Sequence record: SRR20825019_354
Length of the DNA stretch: 64,000 nucleotides
Reading direction: 5' to 3' (one strand)
The translations under genes were made by a program, and so were the position numbers. Below the pieces are notes generated by a model that made no database searches, was not told where the DNA came from, and worked only from the letters and a program-made list of their open reading frames with translations. Position 1 is the first letter of the stretch. Each line of letters opens with the position of its first letter. Positions 1 through 10,507 of this stretch are shown one piece after another.

Positions 1-2
1 TA

Positions 3-491
3 CGTACATTTATAATCACAACCATCTTGAACTTTTAAGAATGCTCTAGTCCTATCTCCTATTGAGTAAGATCCTACATAAAAATCGGCATCCTCTATTT
101 CACAAGAATGTACCTCACCAAGATCATTTTTAGTAAGATCGTTTAGATAATTGGTAATATTAAATTTTTCTGTGGCACCGAGTACAAGATCTACACCATG
201 AACATCTGCTAGTTCTTCAGGCTTTAACTGTGCATAACAACCAATTGCAATCACGAAGGCATCTTCATTTATCTTCTGTGCCTTTTTTACAATATCCTTA
301 AAGCGTTTATCTGCATTTTCTGTTACACTACACGTATTAATAACATATATGTCTGCGTGCTCATGAAACTCTACACGGTTAAAGCCTTCGTGTTCAAAAG
401 AGCGTGCAATCGTGCTAGTCTCAGAAAAATTGAGCTTGCAACCTAACGTATAGAATGCAACGTTTTTGGTATGTGTTTGTGCGTTGTTCAA
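3..491 (-). CDS. mtaB: tRNA t6A37 methylthiotransferase MtaB (5' part; runs off the window start)
   Basis: Manual translation from TTG at 491: MNNAQTHTKNVAFYTLGCKLNFSE..., then INTCSVTENAD and IGCYAQL, the N-terminal motifs of MiaB/MtaB-type methylthiotransferases. Not in the ORF track. Confidence 0.88.
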   Translation of the reverse strand, partial: MNNAQTHTKNVAFYTLGCKLNFSETSTIARSFEHEGFNRVEFHEHADIYVINTCSVTENADKRFKDIVKKAQKINEDAFVIAIGCYAQLKPEELADVHGVDLVLGATEKFNITNYLNDLTKNDLGEVHSCEIEDADFYVGSYSIGDRTRAFLKVQDGCDYKCT

Positions 492-590
492 GACTTGTTT
501 TTTATCTTAGCTGAAATATCTTTATTTGTAGTGATAGCTAGCAATTTGCTAGTCGAAATTCGGACTGCAAAATTACATCAAATTACTTAG

Positions 591-2216
591 TTGAAAAAAT
601 TGAAAAACATCAAATACGTTTCAGTATTTTTATCAGTATCAATTAGTTGCTTATTTCTTACTGCTTGTAAGAAGCAAGATTCCGAAAATAAAGACCATTT
701 AGTCTTTAGGTACAATGAACATGCAAATATTACATCTTTAGACCCAGCATTTGCAAAAGACCAGCGTAATATTTGGGCTTGCCACCAATTATTTAATAGT
801 TTGGTTGCTTTAGACGATTCTCTAAATGTTACACCAGATATAGCGAAATCTTGGACGGTAAGCGATGACGCCCTAACATATACATTTACTTTAAGAAATG
901 ATGTTTACTTTCATAAAGATGAAAGGTTTGGCAAAGATTCCACAAGAACTGTAAAAGCAGAAGATGTTACCTATAGTTTAAAACGTTTACTGGATAATAG
1001 CATTGCCTCACCAGGACGATTTGTTATGCAAAATGTAACGCAAATGTCTACTCCAAACGACACAACTGTTATCCTGAGATTACAAAAGCCTTTTCCAGCT
1101 TTTTTAGGCTTACTTTCTACAAAGTATTGTTCTGTTTTACCTAAATACATTGTTGAAGCCGATACCAATTTTAGATCTCATCCTATTGGCACAGGTCCTT
1201 TTAAGTTTAAGCGTTGGGAAGAAAATGAAAAATTAGTATTTAGAAAGAATAATTTATTTTACCAAAAAGATAGCCTAGGTAACCAACTGCCATATTTAGA
1301 AGCAGTTGCCATAACATTTTTACCAGATAAACAGAGTGAATTTCTTCAGTTTGCACAAGGAAATATAGATTTATTAAACGCTTTAGATCCTTCCTATAAA
1401 GATGAATTACTTTCTGGTAACGGAACTCTTAAAAATGCTTATAAAAACGAAGTTAATATACTTACTGGGCCATTTTTAAATACTGAATATCTAGGTATTT
1501 ATTTAGACTCTGAAACCTCTGAAATTTCAAATTTAAATCTTAGGAAAGCTATTAATTTTGGCTTTGACAGGCACGCCATGATTACTTACTTAAGAAATGG
1601 AATTGGAACGCCAGCAGAACAAGGGTTTATCCCTAAAGGATTGCCAGGTTTTTCAAAACAACGTTATTACTCTTACCAACCAGAAAAGGCGAAAGCCTTT
1701 GTAGAAGCTTATAAAGCAGAAACCGGAAACCAAAACCCTGAAATAACAATATCTACAAATGCAAATTATTTAGATTTAGTAGAATATATACAGCGTGAAT
1801 TAGGTAAAACAGGTCTTAAAGTAAATGTAGATGTTATGCCGCCTAGCACTATTAGGCAACAACGCAGTGCAGGAAAATTAGATGTATTTAGAGCCAGTTG
1901 GATTGCAGATTATCCCGATGCAGAAAATTATCTTTCTTTATTTTACAGTAAAAACCACTCGCCTAACGGACCTAATTATACGCATTATAAGAATGAAAGT
2001 TTTGATCTTTTGTTTGAAAAAGCCCTTATTACCTCTAAGACTGAAGAACGTATTAAAATGTACAGCAAACTTGATTCCCTAGTAATGTCTCAAGCGCCCA
2101 TAGTACCTTTATATTATGATGAAGTTGTAAGATTTACCCGCAAGAATATTTCTGGTATGCAGATAAATGCACTAAACCTTTTAGATTTAAGAACAGTAAG
2201 AAAAACCATTAAATGA
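591..2216 (+). CDS. ABC transporter substrate-binding lipoprotein (family 5, peptide/nickel type)
   Basis: Lipobox LFLTAC; motifs SLDPA, YTFTLR, PIGTGPF, WIADYPD. Confidence 0.85.
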   Translation: MKKLKNIKYVSVFLSVSISCLFLTACKKQDSENKDHLVFRYNEHANITSLDPAFAKDQRNIWACHQLFNSLVALDDSLNVTPDIAKSWTVSDDALTYTFTLRNDVYFHKDERFGKDSTRTVKAEDVTYSLKRLLDNSIASPGRFVMQNVTQMSTPNDTTVILRLQKPFPAFLGLLSTKYCSVLPKYIVEADTNFRSHPIGTGPFKFKRWEENEKLVFRKNNLFYQKDSLGNQLPYLEAVAITFLPDKQSEFLQFAQGNIDLLNALDPSYKDELLSGNGTLKNAYKNEVNILTGPFLNTEYLGIYLDSETSEISNLNLRKAINFGFDRHAMITYLRNGIGTPAEQGFIPKGLPGFSKQRYYSYQPEKAKAFVEAYKAETGNQNPEITISTNANYLDLVEYIQRELGKTGLKVNVDVMPPSTIRQQRSAGKLDVFRASWIADYPDAENYLSLFYSKNHSPNGPNYTHYKNESFDLLFEKALITSKTEERIKMYSKLDSLVMSQAPIVPLYYDEVVRFTRKNISGMQINALNLLDLRTVRKTIK

Positions 2217-2851
2217 TATATTCAAAATCTTATAAATTAGTTGAGTTAGTCTTATTGTTTGTACTACTACCTTTAAGTTTTTTATTAGACTATGATTTTA
2301 AAGTTAAAGCTGGTTTAGTCATTCTTGGCTTTATTTATATCCTTACAATTCTATTTAAGTTTACAGAAGCTTCATTTAAAATTAAATCTTCATTAAACTG
2401 GTCTAAGTTCTTTAGAGTTACGGCCATAAAATTTATTGTGATTGCTATAATTACTACGTGTTATGTCCTTTTTATTGATAGTAGCTTATTATTTTATGTG
2501 CCATTAAACAACCCTAAACTCTTTGTAGTAATATTAGGCGTTTATACATTTTTATCGGTTTGGCCTCAGGAAATAATTTACAGAACCTTTTTTTATAAAC
2601 GCTATCAGGACTTATGTTCTTCTAAAATTGTGTTTATGGTTTTGAATGCGGTAATATTTAGCTTGGCTCACGTCTTTCTAAAAAATATATTGGTGCTAAT
2701 CTTAACATTTATAGGTGGCTTATTATTTATTTACACTTATACTAAGACTAAATCTACAACCTTAGTAAGCATTGAGCACGCGTTGTATGGAAACTGGTTG
2801 TTTACCGTTGGTATGGGACAAATGTTAGCATTTCCTGGAATGGAAGCATAA
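2213..2851 (+). CDS. CPBP/Abi family intramembrane glutamic endopeptidase
   Basis: Hydrophobic protein with QEIIYR, FSLAH and EHALYGN motifs. Confidence 0.8.
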   Translation: MIYSKSYKLVELVLLFVLLPLSFLLDYDFKVKAGLVILGFIYILTILFKFTEASFKIKSSLNWSKFFRVTAIKFIVIAIITTCYVLFIDSSLLFYVPLNNPKLFVVILGVYTFLSVWPQEIIYRTFFYKRYQDLCSSKIVFMVLNAVIFSLAHVFLKNILVLILTFIGGLLFIYTYTKTKSTTLVSIEHALYGNWLFTVGMGQMLAFPGMEA

Positions 2852-2877
2852 AAAAAGCGGCTTATTTAAGCCGCTTT
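2849..2877. terminator. Intrinsic terminator hairpin between convergent genes
   Basis: AAAGCGGCTT-ATTT-AAGCCGCTTT preceded by an A-run. Confidence 0.8.
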
Positions 2878-2901
2878 AAACATTAGTGTGTGATTGAATA
2901 A

Positions 2902-5856
2902 TTATTTTCTAATAACCTGCTTTACAGATCTATAATTTTCATTTTCAATAACTAAGAAATAACTACCAGAAGCTAACTGCTCCATATTAACTTGCAATAC
3001 ATTACCATTAAATACAGACGCATTGTTAGAAATTACTCTTCCGCTTAAATCGATAACTGAAACTTTGGCATCTTTAAGATCTTGTCCAGAAATATTTATA
3101 ATAGTATTTGTAGGGTTAGGATATATAGACAATCCTTTAAACTCATTATTTGCAGTAGCAAGTACAATCTGGTCTGCTTCAACTACAAAATTATCTACTA
3201 TTACACCTTCTTCATTTACAGCAGCGTCAGACTGAAATACAAACCTAAACACCATACTAGTTTCGGCACTACCATCATTATCAAAAGCACTAAGACTGTA
3301 ACTATATTCGTGCATGGTAGCGTTTAAACCTCCACCTGAGTGTGCGTCTTCTCCTTCACCTGTCCACTGAGAACCAATACAATTAAAGCAATCTGTACCG
3401 TCTGGAAGCCTATCGTTATTATACCAATTAGCATCTGATGCTGTTCCTAAAGTTTGCCAAGTTGAACCACCATCTGTAGTATACTGCATATACATAATAT
3501 CCCAATTTTCTTCAAGATCGAAAGCCATATCAAATTTTAAGATAGCATTTTCTACAGAAGATAAATCAAAACATTGTGAAACTAGATAAGCTATAGTGCC
3601 ATCTGGATGGTTTCCATCTAAATTAGTTCCGTAAACATCAGATCCTCCAGCAACTGCATCACTTAAAAGCGTTCCTTGAGCTACTCCTCTTTCCCATAAG
3701 CTTGATATAACACCATCATTATAAGAGATTAAAGACTCTTCAACAGTATCAAAAGTATTTACTACATCTATTTCAGCAGCATCGTTTACAACTACTAATA
3801 CTGTTCCTGTATTGTTTTCTGGACGACCATCGTTTGTTGTAGTTACATCTACGTTTAAAACATTTGCGCCACGAGTTAAAGAACCAATATCTAAAGTTAG
3901 AGTTGTAGACTCACAAGTTCCCAAGTTAACTGTTTCTGTAACTGTTGTAGTAGCTGCACCATTTACTGAAAAAGAAATGTCTACATCTCCCAACATATTT
4001 GTACCTCCATTAGAAACTACAATTTGAGGGCTAAATGTACCTGCGTCACACCCAACTTCTGTATTGTTTGTAATAGACATTAACGACACATCATCTGCTG
4101 CTTCTGTAAATTCTTCGCCTACATTAACGGCATACCAAGCATTAGTTACAGAAATAACTTCTGGACTGTTTGCGCAATATATAGAGCTAGCTACAGCAAT
4201 AGTTGCGTTACGAGCATCAAAATATGTTGCATTTGGAGTTAAATAATCACGTTCTGCCAAATAAGCAATCTCTGCAGATTTAACCATACCTATTCCTGCA
4301 ACATCATAAGTATCTGGTGTTGGTGCATTATTTGTATCTGCAGCACCTTCTGTCAAGATATAAAACCAGTGATTTAAAACACCACTATTGGTGTGAACAC
4401 CACAATAATCATTTGTTGTTGCATCTGGCACACAAGTACCTTCATCTCCAGTTGATACCCAGTTATCTCCTAAATAAGTATCTGGATCATTTCTTGAATT
4501 AGGATCACTCATAGAGCGTAATGGTGGTGAATTAAGGTCTTCACCTATTAACCACACATTAGGATCAATAGCACCATCTATAGAACCTGTTCTTCCGAAA
4601 TGCTCTACACAAGCACCCCAAATGTCTGAGTACCCTTCATTCATACCTCCAGATTGATTTTGATAAGCTAGATCTGCAGTAAATGTACATATAGCATGAC
4701 CTATTTCGTGACCGCATACATCTGCCGCTGTAAGAATATCAAAAGTATTTCCGTCTCCATATGTCATTACAGATCCATTCCAAAAGGCGTTATCATAACC
4801 TGTATCTAAAAACAAAGGTTCGTCTGCATCATCGTAATGTACGTAGCTTATAATTTGAGCTCCTTCATCATCAAAACTATTTCTGTTAAATATATCTTGC
4901 CAGAAATCATAGGTTACTTCTGCTCCCCAATGGGCATCTAATGCACCATTATCTTTTTCATCGTTATCATATTCTGCAGCTGTCCAAGCGTTATCATTAT
5001 CAGAAAAATGTAAATCTTGATATGCATTAAAACCTTCACAATTGTAAGTAACAATTCCGTCACCTCTTGTTGTATCTAACAGTATAAATTCAGATCCTTC
5101 AGGAGTTGTTTCAATTGGCCTTGTACCACTGTAACGAGTATCTGCAGTTCCTTCAACAAGCGCAGAGTTTAATGTATTCTCAAGTTCTTTTGCCTTTGCT
5201 GAAATTTCATCATTAGAAATTAAACGGTCTGCGTGTTTTATAATTGGGTTCTTAAATAAAATATCTCCAGTGTGAGCATCTACATAAACTTCATTACGAG
5301 ATATAGGTGAAGTAGAATATACATCATACATATACGCTAAATGAACAGTACCTTTATTTACATCTGGAAATATTACCAACTCACCTTCGGGTTTTGAGTA
5401 ACCCATAAGAGCCGCTTGTGAAGCGTCTTCCCACAAGTAAGCGTTAGCATTAGTATGCTCAATTGCACGTTGTAAACCTACTTCTTTAGTGAGGCTCGGT
5501 ACAGTATTAATAGTTTTTGGACTGTATAATTCTCCATTTATCAAAGAGACGCTACCTTGTTTGTTGTGAACTATCATTACACCAAACTGTACCTTAATAC
5601 CATTATAATATTGCTGATATCTACTATGAGTATTTCCTAACTTGTCTGTTGTAGTTCTGTACTCTTGAAAAGTTGAGTTTTCATCAAGTTCATAAGATTT
5701 GGCAAAATTAGCTATGGCTTCTTGCTGGGACTGGTGGCCACTAACTGTCATCATAGTTTGATGAGCCACATTATCCCTTAATTTGTTTTTATCCTGTGCA
5801 TTAGCAACCAGAGTTCCTAAGGCTAGAACAAAAGTTAAGGCGTAATTTAGTTTCAT
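2902..5856 (-). CDS. M4 (thermolysin-like) metallopeptidase with propeptide and T9SS C-terminal sorting domain
   Basis: Signal peptide, NAFWNG, HEIGH (HExxH), GGMNEGYSD, VHTNSG, C-terminal IYPNPT...KQVIRK. Confidence 0.92.
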   Translation of the reverse strand: MKLNYALTFVLALGTLVANAQDKNKLRDNVAHQTMMTVSGHQSQQEAIANFAKSYELDENSTFQEYRTTTDKLGNTHSRYQQYYNGIKVQFGVMIVHNKQGSVSLINGELYSPKTINTVPSLTKEVGLQRAIEHTNANAYLWEDASQAALMGYSKPEGELVIFPDVNKGTVHLAYMYDVYSTSPISRNEVYVDAHTGDILFKNPIIKHADRLISNDEISAKAKELENTLNSALVEGTADTRYSGTRPIETTPEGSEFILLDTTRGDGIVTYNCEGFNAYQDLHFSDNDNAWTAAEYDNDEKDNGALDAHWGAEVTYDFWQDIFNRNSFDDEGAQIISYVHYDDADEPLFLDTGYDNAFWNGSVMTYGDGNTFDILTAADVCGHEIGHAICTFTADLAYQNQSGGMNEGYSDIWGACVEHFGRTGSIDGAIDPNVWLIGEDLNSPPLRSMSDPNSRNDPDTYLGDNWVSTGDEGTCVPDATTNDYCGVHTNSGVLNHWFYILTEGAADTNNAPTPDTYDVAGIGMVKSAEIAYLAERDYLTPNATYFDARNATIAVASSIYCANSPEVISVTNAWYAVNVGEEFTEAADDVSLMSITNNTEVGCDAGTFSPQIVVSNGGTNMLGDVDISFSVNGAATTTVTETVNLGTCESTTLTLDIGSLTRGANVLNVDVTTTNDGRPENNTGTVLVVVNDAAEIDVVNTFDTVEESLISYNDGVISSLWERGVAQGTLLSDAVAGGSDVYGTNLDGNHPDGTIAYLVSQCFDLSSVENAILKFDMAFDLEENWDIMYMQYTTDGGSTWQTLGTASDANWYNNDRLPDGTDCFNCIGSQWTGEGEDAHSGGGLNATMHEYSYSLSAFDNDGSAETSMVFRFVFQSDAAVNEEGVIVDNFVVEADQIVLATANNEFKGLSIYPNPTNTIINISGQDLKDAKVSVIDLSGRVISNNASVFNGNVLQVNMEQLASGSYFLVIENENYRSVKQVIRK

Positions 5857-6005
5857 AATTTTATTTTGAAGAAAGAGTTATTTCTCGCAAAGTAGAACTA
5901 GAAAAACTAAATGTGTAACATTTTATAATTGATTAACACACTATATGTAGTGATTAGGTGAAATACATATTTATCCGACAAAGCACAATAGCCTTTTAAG
6001 ATAAA

Positions 6006-7178
6006 TTATACAATTACTTTAGATAATTTTGAAGCTAATTTAAGTGCCTGCTCAATATCTGCTTTAAGATCTGAAACCTCTTCTATTCCCACAGAAAATC
6101 TTAATAATCCATTTTTTATGCCTTGTTCTTCTCTTTCTTCTTCAGAAAGTAGGCCGTGAGATGTAAGGTGTGGACTTAGTATTGTACTTTCTACTCCAGC
6201 TAAACTCATAGAAGATTTTATTAAATTTAAACTGTCTTGAAATTGTTTTGAGCATAAATCATCTTTTAATTCAAAAGACAACATGCCTCCAAAGCCTTTC
6301 ATTTGCTCTTTTGCCAATTTGTAATTAGGGTGCGACTTTAATCCAGGATAATACACTTTGGTTACTTGAGTATTTTTTTCTAACCACTTTGCCAACTTAC
6401 GTGCATTTCTATTTTGGCGCTTAACTCTTAAAGCCATAGTTTTTAGGCTACGCTCTAATAACCAAACAGTAAAATCACTCAATGTGCCTCCAAAGTTTTT
6501 ACCAGCATTAAATATGCGCTCTATGTTGGTGTGGCTAGATACTACTGCACCAGCTAAGATATCACTATGACCACTCATGTATTTAGTAGCAGAATGTAAT
6601 ACAACATCAATCCCAAAATCTATTGGAGTTTGATTTATAGGAGATGCAAACGTATTATCTATCATAGATATAAGCTTATGTTTTTTTGCTAACTCAGCAA
6701 TAGCTTTAATATCTGTTATTTCTAATAATGGGTTACTAGGAGTTTCTATATAAATAACCTTTGTGTTATGTGCAATCGCTTTTTCGTAACTAGCAATATC
6801 ATTACTCTCTACATAAGAATACTCAATACCAAACTTTTTAAACTCCTCATTAATTAAGTTTCGAGTTCCTCCATAAATAGCATTTTGTAATACCACGTGA
6901 TCACCACTCTGTAAGAATGCTAAAAGTGAAGTCATTATAGCCGCCATACCACTTCCAAAAATAAGACCTGCTTCACCATGTTCTAATGCAGCAACTTTTT
7001 TTGATAAGCCTTGTTGGTTAGGTGTGTTAAAATATCTTGGATATCGCTTTTCTTCTACGTCTTGAAAAGGGTAAGATGTAGACATATATAGCGGAGAAAC
7101 TGCTCCACCAAATTGGTGATCCTCCAGTTGTCCTGCGTGTGTACAAATTGTGTTTTTGCCGTAGCTCTTAGATTCCAT
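6006..7178 (-). CDS. Cys/Met metabolism PLP-dependent enzyme (cystathionine lyase/synthase family)
   Basis: SGMAA, ETPSNP, DNTFASP, HSATKYMSGH, RFSVGIE. Confidence 0.88.
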   Translation of the reverse strand: MESKSYGKNTICTHAGQLEDHQFGGAVSPLYMSTSYPFQDVEEKRYPRYFNTPNQQGLSKKVAALEHGEAGLIFGSGMAAIMTSLLAFLQSGDHVVLQNAIYGGTRNLINEEFKKFGIEYSYVESNDIASYEKAIAHNTKVIYIETPSNPLLEITDIKAIAELAKKHKLISMIDNTFASPINQTPIDFGIDVVLHSATKYMSGHSDILAGAVVSSHTNIERIFNAGKNFGGTLSDFTVWLLERSLKTMALRVKRQNRNARKLAKWLEKNTQVTKVYYPGLKSHPNYKLAKEQMKGFGGMLSFELKDDLCSKQFQDSLNLIKSSMSLAGVESTILSPHLTSHGLLSEEEREEQGIKNGLLRFSVGIEEVSDLKADIEQALKLASKLSKVIV

Positions 7179-7273
7179 GATAAAATTAAATTAGACCCTA
7201 AAATTAACCAAGTTATCCTGCATTTGCTAACATACGCGTTATTATTTCGTTAAAGCTTTTCTATCTTTACACT

Positions 7274-8509
7274 ATGGCAATATTACTTAAAAACATAAAG
7301 CAACTTTTACAAGTTAGAGAGGCAACTGTTGATAAAGTTTCTGGGAAAGACATGAAGCTTTTACCTAAAATTGACAATGCATTTCTTTTAATGGAAAATG
7401 GGGTGATTTCAGATTTTGGACCAATGTCCCAACTCCCAGAATCTAAGAATTTTGAAGAAATAGATTGTACAGGTAGGTTTGTCTTGCCAAGTTGGTGTGA
7501 TAGCCATACACATATTGTATATGCAGGAAACAGAGAGCAAGAATTTGTAGATCGTATAAATGGCTTGTCTTATGAAGAAATTGCCAATAAAGGTGGCGGA
7601 ATTGTAAACAGTGCAGAAAAACTTCAGCAAACCTCTATTGAAGATTTATACCAACAATCTGCTAAACGTTTAGAACAAGTTATGGCATTAGGCACAGGCG
7701 CTGTTGAAATTAAGTCTGGATATGGCCTGACTACAGAAGCTGAGCTTAAAATGCTTAAGGTTATTAAACAACTTAAAGACAAATATAACATTCCTATAAA
7801 AGCTACTTTTTTAGGAGCTCACGCAGTTCCGAAAGAATTTAAAGGAAATAAGAAAGGGTATCTTAAATTAATTGCCGAGGAAATGCTTCCGAAGATAGCA
7901 GAGCTACAGCTTGCAGACTATATAGATATTTTTTGTGAAAAAGGATATTTTGATCTAGATGACACCAACTATATACTTTCTGCAGGAAAATCTCACGGCC
8001 TTACTCCTAAAGTACACGTAAACCAATTTAATTCAATAGGTGGTGTAAAGGCTTCTGTTGAGCAAGGTGCGTTAAGTGTAGATCACTTAGAGGTTATGAC
8101 TGCTGAAGATATTGATGCATTAAAGAATGCTACTACTATGCCAGTAGCTTTACCTTCTTGTTCATTGTTTTTAAGTATCCCTTATACTCCTGCACGCAAA
8201 TTAATTGATGCCGGCTTACCATTAGCTTTAGCAACAGATTTTAATCCTGGCAGCACACCAAGCGGAAATATGAATTTGGTGGTAAGCCTTGCTAGTATTA
8301 AAATGAATATGACACCAGAAGAAGCTATAAATGCAGCAACTATTAATGGTGCTTATGCTATGGGATTAAGTAACGAAGTAGGCAGTATTACAAAAGGAAA
8401 AAAAGCTAATATAATTCTTACAAACCCAATTCCAAGTTACGGGTATTTACCATACAGTTTTGGTGAAAATTGTATTGCTTCAGTATTTGTTAACGGAAAG
8501 ATTTTATAG
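7274..8509 (+). CDS. hutI: Imidazolonepropionase
   Basis: DSHTH, EIKSGYG, FLGAHAVP, DFNPG. Confidence 0.93.
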   Translation: MAILLKNIKQLLQVREATVDKVSGKDMKLLPKIDNAFLLMENGVISDFGPMSQLPESKNFEEIDCTGRFVLPSWCDSHTHIVYAGNREQEFVDRINGLSYEEIANKGGGIVNSAEKLQQTSIEDLYQQSAKRLEQVMALGTGAVEIKSGYGLTTEAELKMLKVIKQLKDKYNIPIKATFLGAHAVPKEFKGNKKGYLKLIAEEMLPKIAELQLADYIDIFCEKGYFDLDDTNYILSAGKSHGLTPKVHVNQFNSIGGVKASVEQGALSVDHLEVMTAEDIDALKNATTMPVALPSCSLFLSIPYTPARKLIDAGLPLALATDFNPGSTPSGNMNLVVSLASIKMNMTPEEAINAATINGAYAMGLSNEVGSITKGKKANIILTNPIPSYGYLPYSFGENCIASVFVNGKIL

Positions 8510-9498
8510 TGAAACATTTAAAAATATTTAGCACAGAAGATCTAAAAATGTACACCTCTCCACGAAAAGGTGAAATTAAATTTGGTGAGCGTATTGGTAC
8601 AGTAAACTCTTTAGAAACATTGAAAGAAAGCACTGCCAAATACGTAATCTTTGGCATTCCAGAAGATATTGGTGTTCGTGCTAATTTAGGTAAAAGTGGT
8701 ACTAAAAACGCTTTCAATACATTTTTAAATGCTTTCTTAAATATACAAGTTAACCAATTTAACACACCAGAAAATGTTTTGTTACTTGGCGAAATAGATT
8801 GTAAAAACTGGCTTATAAAAGCTTCGCATATCGAAGATAATGAACCGAACATTTCAGCTAAATTACATGATATTTTAATTGAGATAGATGCAGAGGTTTC
8901 TCAGTTGGTCAAGACAATTATAAGCTTTGGGAAAATCCCTATCATAATTGGTGGCGGTCATAATAATGCCTACGGAAATATTAAAGGTGCTTCAGAAGCT
9001 ATTTCTAATCCTATTAATGTTATTAATATAGATGCTCACACAGATTTAAGAACTACAAATTATAGACATAGTGGTAACGGGTTTAATTATGCTCAAGAAC
9101 AAGGCTATTTAAATTTTTATCACATTTTTGGATTGCACAAAAATTATACGCCAGACTATATATTTAAATCAATGAATGCTTCAAAATTTATAGACTACAC
9201 GTTGTTTGATGATATTTTGAGTGATTCTATTGCTATACAAGCTTATAAAGAAGCTTTAAACCAAATTTCTAAATCAGCTTTTGGTTTAGAAATAGATTGT
9301 GATGCCATTTCGGGGTTTCCTAGCAGTGCACAAACTCCAAGTGGTATGTCTTTAGAAACTATTAGGCAATGTATTGCCGAAAGTATTACACATAATACGT
9401 GTCACTATTTACATATTTGCGAGGCAAAACCATCTGAGTACTACCCTACTGGAAAAGCCATTAGTTATATGGTTTCAGATTTTATTAGACAACAATGA
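8509..9498 (+). CDS. hutG: Formimidoylglutamase (arginase family)
   Basis: GGGHNNAY, DAHTD, HSGNGF, SSAQTPSG; coupled to hutI. Confidence 0.88.
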   Translation: MKHLKIFSTEDLKMYTSPRKGEIKFGERIGTVNSLETLKESTAKYVIFGIPEDIGVRANLGKSGTKNAFNTFLNAFLNIQVNQFNTPENVLLLGEIDCKNWLIKASHIEDNEPNISAKLHDILIEIDAEVSQLVKTIISFGKIPIIIGGGHNNAYGNIKGASEAISNPINVINIDAHTDLRTTNYRHSGNGFNYAQEQGYLNFYHIFGLHKNYTPDYIFKSMNASKFIDYTLFDDILSDSIAIQAYKEALNQISKSAFGLEIDCDAISGFPSSAQTPSGMSLETIRQCIAESITHNTCHYLHICEAKPSEYYPTGKAISYMVSDFIRQQ

Positions 9499-9950
9499 TT
9501 ATAGACTACAACCCTAAATACAATCAAGATTTTAAAGCGCTAAATATTGAGTGGCTAGAGACATTTTTTTATGTTGAAGATTATGACAATGAAGTGCTCT
9601 CTAATCCAGATAAATATATTTTAGATAAAGGCGGAAAGATTTTCTTTAGCTTACACAATAATAAAGTTGCAGGAACTGTAGCTCTTATGAAAGTTACAGA
9701 TACTGTTTTTGAACTTACTAAAATGGCTGTAAACACTAATTTAAGAGGTCTTAAAATTGGGCAGAAATTAATGACACACTGCTTAAACGAGGCAAAAGTA
9801 ATGGGCTTAGAGAAAGTAGTCCTATACTCCAACACTAAACTAGAAAATGCCATTTATATTTATAGAAAATTTGGCTTTAAAGAAGTGCCTTTAGAAGAAG
9901 GTGTTGCTTATGAAAGAGCAAATATTAAAATGGAATATATAATTAACTAG
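9495..9950 (+). CDS. GNAT family N-acetyltransferase
   Basis: ELTKMAV, RGLKIGQKL, AIYIYRKFGF. Confidence 0.85.
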   Translation: MIIDYNPKYNQDFKALNIEWLETFFYVEDYDNEVLSNPDKYILDKGGKIFFSLHNNKVAGTVALMKVTDTVFELTKMAVNTNLRGLKIGQKLMTHCLNEAKVMGLEKVVLYSNTKLENAIYIYRKFGFKEVPLEEGVAYERANIKMEYIIN

Positions 9951-10495
9951 GCATTTTTATGTAATGCCTCTGCTTGTCCTTTCCAATTATCACGTTCTAT
10001 ACGACCTGGAAAAAACTCAATTAATGTGGTTACATTTTCTATATCTTCCTTTCTAAATTTACTTATCTGTTCATACGTATATATACCTATGCTATTAAGC
10101 TTTTCTTCAATAAATGGTCCTACACCACTTATTTTTTTAAGATCATCTTTGTCAGCGATATCTGCTTGACCTATTACAGTAAAATCTAATTCTGGTTTTT
10201 CCAGTGGTGCAGCTCTATTAACTACTGCAGCTCCAGAGCGCTCTCTAGTTTTTATTGCTTTTATATTTCCTGGTGTAATTATATCTGTATCGTAGTTTTC
10301 AACCTTATTTGCAGTATTAGCAGTGTTTATTTGCCTGTCTGCTGTAGCGTTATAAGAATACTTTGAGGCTTCATCAATTTTTTTCTTGTAATACCAACGT
10401 GCAAAAAGATACCCAATAAGAAAGGCAACAAACATTAGTATAAATATCTCTAACCAAGCAGTAGATCTTGCTAAAGGGTTTAACTGTTCAAACAT
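9947..10495 (-). CDS. Membrane-anchored protein with C-terminal helix-hairpin-helix domain
   Basis: N-terminal TM segment; DDLKKISGVGPFIEEKLNSIGIYTYEQI...GRIERDNW. Confidence 0.7.
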   Translation of the reverse strand: MFEQLNPLARSTAWLEIFILMFVAFLIGYLFARWYYKKKIDEASKYSYNATADRQINTANTANKVENYDTDIITPGNIKAIKTRERSGAAVVNRAAPLEKPELDFTVIGQADIADKDDLKKISGVGPFIEEKLNSIGIYTYEQISKFRKEDIENVTTLIEFFPGRIERDNWKGQAEALHKNA

Positions 10496-10507
10496 GGGAT
10501 TATTTAA

